Origin: Daphnia carinata
Lineage: Eukaryota
Direction of reading: 5' to 3'
DNA: 64,000 nucleotides
NCBI RefSeq assembly: GCF_022539665.2
Contig: NC_081334.1
Span: forward strand, 1,922,001 to 1,986,000
A program made the position numbers and the translations under genes. Shown piece by piece: positions 54,162 to 64,000 of this stretch. Each line of letters opens with the position of its first letter. Within the stretch, counting starts at the first letter, position 1. The notes below the pieces were generated by a model, which was not told where the DNA came from, ran no database searches, and saw only the letters and a list, made by a program, of their open reading frames with translations.

Positions 54162-56760
54162 TTTTCAATTGTTCCTCCAGCCACGCGTTGTTCTCCAGTC
54201 ACGCTACTCAATTAACTGCTAATGGGATACAATTAACTCAAATTGCTTACATGCCTGTAATAACGAAACCGACTGATAGATGGCTACGGGTAGAAAAAAG
54301 AGAAAAAAGTGCGTTTTTTTTTTTTTTCCGCCATTTTTTTTTCATCATGTAAAACGGATTGCCATATATAAATCTGCTCTAACCAAAAAAAAAATATATC
54401 GGCCTGTTTTCTGTTCTACTGCTATCGCCATCTAGCGGTCAGATTTATAGTTTTAGTTCTCCACATTTACTGAATATTTGTCATCGCCGAAAAATTTTTT
54501 AAGACCGACTGATAAATAAGCCTGACTAAGAAAGGTCGGGCTTTATGTAGTCGGGTTACGAAAAGTCAGGCTTAAATTTTTTTTTCCGCAAAAACTAACA
54601 CTCATCGGAATTGGTTGAATATCACAGCATATACTCAAAATTGAATCCTGATTCCGGGAAAATTGCTATTTTTTTCGTTAATTTAATCGTTTTTGAGATA
54701 CACGGAATATTTGAAATATTGCTAGCGCGCCAGTACACTATAGCGCTAGCGCGATGCAGCGGAAATATACGGTGAATTTCCAAAATGGTCGCCCGCCCTG
54801 AAACTAAAAATATTTTTTAAAAAGTGTTTTCCATTAAATCAACAAAAGGCAAATGCTTACTGGAGAAAGCGGAAAATATCCAAGGCGATGATTTATTTTT
54901 TCATTTTTATTTCTCTCGATTTATTTTTCTCTTGTAAAATATTTGAGGTGTGTATATCGTCGATGTCGTCCATGGCTGTGGAGGGAGAGAGGAGAGACGG
55001 ACACGGTGGTACACAGAAGGGTGTCATTCCTTCAACAATCAGGGACAAACATGAGAACAACGTCTCGACCATCCAACACAATTACGAAAAGCCAACAAAA
55101 GAGGATAAACATGGGAGTTTATTTAATCTTTGTTTTTCGTTACTTTTTCTTGAAAGGGTTGATGACGTTATCCGCGATTGACGATTATAAAGGTTGAGGG
55201 GATTAACTGACCATACATACAAGAAACGCAAAACGAGACGCGGCTGAACGTCTTCTCATTCCAATAATTGTCCACCTGTTTCTCCTGATCAAATTGTTCT
55301 ATTATCGACAAAATAGAAATCATAATAAAGGTGACAGAATTCTGAGAGGGAGGCGATAGGTTGCGTCAGACAGGACAGATACAAGAGAGAACCGCAGAAT
55401 TGCACTCGGAAGATAACAATATCCTTCTTCTTCGTCTTCTTTTTGTCTTCTATCGGGGGCTACAATTGACTTTCAATTCGAAGAATGGATAATAAATGTT
55501 CGGGTGAGGACGGGGGGTGAGAGAGAGAGAGAAGAGAGACGACGAGGAGAGAGAGTTAAGGATTGTGGTGGTGTACAAAGAGAGCGAGCAAGTCAATCTA
55601 CTAATCGAACCGTGCAATCCAGTTACCTATTTGTAGCCTGCTTTTCCTCATTTTTTTTTCTTTTCGTTTTCACCATTATAGAGTGCAACAGGCCACGCAC
55701 CAACGTTAATATACAAAAAAAAAATTAGAATAGAAATAAAAATTAAAAAAAAATTTAAACAAAAATTAGCCAATTCAGTGAGATATATATTGCCCTAGGA
55801 GCTTCATTCAACACTTGAAACCCCAACCCCCTTTCCCTCCCCTCCCGCAAAAGGAGATTTTCAAAATAAAAGACGTTCTAGGGACAAAAAGGGAGGGAGA
55901 AAAAAAAAAAGGACTTAAACCTCGACAACGGCGTATCACATAAGGTACCAATTCCATTCTGTCTCCTGTCAAGACAGACGAGTGCTACGCAATCACCCAT
56001 CTTTCGTACTCAAGTTCGGTACATCTTCAAATTTGCTCATTAACAAAGACAAAAAAAAAAAAAAATCGGGAACAAATGACGATGAACTTCAAGATACGTC
56101 TTGACGTTTTAAATACCGTCACGCAGTCTGGAATGTCGGGACGACATTCAAAGAATAATTTAAATTCAGCGGGGCGATGGCGGTATCATCGCATCTTTCG
56201 TTTTCTCCAAGACTCGTGCGACACCGATCTCAAACTGTAGGAGCATGAGTGCGCACGTAACTCCTCTTCAACTTAGAGAAAATAAATTAAAAAATGACAC
56301 AAGACAACGACGACTCAGAGATGTGAAAGAGACGCCCAGCAAAAAAAAAAAGTAAACAAAAATCAAGGAAATGAGGCGGCATATCAAATAGTTTGCAAAT
56401 GCATCCCGAAACGGAATGAAACTCCTCGTTTTATGGGCTAACTATTCCGTTTGCGTTATTGTTGTTTCCCTCTCCTCTGAATATGACCTAGCGATTGCTG
56501 GATTGGATGATATTTTTTAAGGGATGGAATTCCATTACGATGGCCTTCTACGTTCACTTTTCAAATGGCGACAAGAAAATAATAATAAATAAAAAGATTG
56601 AACTGGATTTGGATTGAAAACTGAAAAAAGGAGGGGACGATGGTGGAGGGAGATGTTGCTTGTTTTCTCACCAAATGGATATGATTTTTCACTGCTCGGG
56701 CATGATTCAATGACAGGAAGATGGAATACACGCAGCCAACGAATAGGAGGAAAGATGGAC

Positions 56761-56798
<38 letters not shown>

Positions 56799-56953
56799 TC
56801 ATTGGGAGGGAAGTTTAGGTAAAAAGGACATGATTATTTACGTGTTTCATGAGTGTATATGTTCGTGTGAGGGGAAGGAGTGTTTGATGATGGTGAAGTG
56901 GTCGAGCGGTTGATCAAAGTGAGCGACGAAATGCCAATCAAATCGAAAGAGTG

Positions 56954-62502
<5,549 letters not shown>

Positions 62503-64000
62503 CGTCCAACGAACAAGCTCAATCGCACGCACGCACGCACGCACGCACAACAAAATGACTAACGCTTCACAATTCCAAACTGCTCCATTCGTGTTTTGTT
62601 TTCTTTTTTTTTGGCGACAGTTCGTGTTCCAAAAATAAATAACAATAAGCAACACGCAAAAAAAAAGAAACTGATTAGAGAATTAGTAAGGGGAGAGGAG
62701 GTCAGAGAAGGCGGAGTTGACGGACAGCGTTGTGAATTCACGGAGGGAAAACGGAAGACTAGTGCTGGAAATGCCAGTAGCATCTCCACGATCTCTCTCC
62801 TACTGTTTGGACGTCCGCGTTTCGCTTGAAGGAGAGAGTAGAGGGGGAGAGCAAAATGCGGGGAGCTTGCAATGAATATAGGCCGCCTCATTCTAAAGAC
62901 TAGCCTCCCAACGTTCCAAAATAAACGCAAAGGGGGACAGCGCAAAAAAAAGATCTCAAGGACAAGGCGGTAGCTATTTCCGAATTGGCCCGGCTTGGCA
63001 GCGGACAGAGCACCCTTCTGCGTCTCGTCCGCTCGCACGACGTATCAATCAATCCAGCCAACTTCTTCTATCCCCCACCACCTCGCACACACACCATCTC
63101 CATTCGTCCAATACAGTTCCAACAACTCTTCAAGACTTGTATCGATTTGGCCATAGAAATCGATTACACAAATCCAACACCGTTTTGTCAATCTTTCCGA
63201 TTCGTTTCATTCCTTTTGACCCTGTTCGCGAGAGACTAATCGATTACAAACAACATACGCAGCTGGGGTATTCTTTTTCGAAAAAAAAAAAAAAAAAAAA
63301 AAAAAAATCCTATACTTAGTTTCCCCACTCACTGATGATCGTTTTTGTGTGTGTGTAAGAGGGGTTACGGAGGGCGTGTATAGTTTGGCTTGGTATCATC
63401 GTTCTCTCATCTATAAGCAGCATACTACGATGACGCACGACAAATAATTTATGAATATTGGCCCAAAAGCACAAATAGATACGAAACAACAAAAAAAAAT
63501 AGGAATAACACCCCAGAGATGTAGCATATCCGGCCGGAATTCGGATGCTATATACAAAAACAAAGACAAACAATAAACAGCGAGCATAGAAGGGCTAGTG
63601 GAACAAGAATCCCGGAATGGGTCTAGGGAGCTTTCCGGTTCATCAACATGTAGAAAAGCAAAGCCAAGAGATTGACGGCAGAGTATTAAGAAAGCAAAAA
63701 AAAAAGCTAAACAAGAAAAAAAAAGAATGAAGGCAAACCTTCCCCATTTTTTCCAAGAAAACAAACAAGATAAATAGGAAAAAAAAAGATATTGTCGAAT
63801 ATGAATAAAGACACAAAAGAATGGTTGACATTACTCAACTCTACGTTTACCCACAAAAAAATAAACGGGATGAACGCAACCATTGAAAGCACAAAAAAAG
63901 GTGTATCAGAGAAGCCTAAAGGCGGAGGGGAGTTACGACGTGCTTCTCGAATGAGATTAGTCACGTTGACGAGCCACTCTATCGAGCTGAGTAGAGAGAG

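Larger units (their letters stand above)
52050..54369 (-). repeat. Right arm of ~5-kb palindrome
   Basis: Ends in cggattgccatatat (54369), mirroring atatatggcaatccg (49345). Confidence 0.97.
39900..54800. mobile_element. AT-rich accessory island of nested non-autonomous DNA-transposon-like remnants
   Basis: Compositional shift from the microsatellite-rich host DNA; internal direct and inverted repeats; repeated subterminal-type motifs (AAGCCYGACT/AGTCRGGCTT at ~44290, 45952, 54518-54573); decayed genes. No intact transposase seen; boundaries approximate. Confidence 0.55.

Noticed and set aside
39574..54800. Single hAT element bounded by CAGGGC...GCCCTG
   Set aside because: Similarity is limited to a few bases and there is no 8-bp TSD.

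Overview
Eukaryotic (arthropod) genomic DNA. The short GT-AG introns, homopolymer/microsatellite-rich intergenic DNA and the SRPK sequence suggest a Daphnia-like branchiopod crustacean; this is inference. Two host genes are well supported: (i) a 3-coding-exon, ~603-aa secreted precursor-like protein with a 6-Cys module on + (27667-36298), and (ii) an SR-protein kinase (SRPK) on - (56954 to at least 62502), with a long in-frame upstream exon. Two compositionally distinct AT-rich accessory islands (1-~4200 and ~39900-54800) are rich in CTCF-type motifs, decayed multi-exon genes and DNA-transposon-like repeats. The second island holds the most unusual structures. One is a 302-bp TTAA-flanked piggyBac-type MITE whose interior folds as a pseudoknotted RNA with UUCG hairpins. 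The other is a ~5-kb palindrome (49345-54369) with a near-identical, apparently gene-converted core; each arm carries a second pseudoknotted RNA of similar architecture, and three tRNA-like sequences lie at the centre. No transposase or prokaryotic features were recognised. All alignments and folds were done by eye; no database searches were run.
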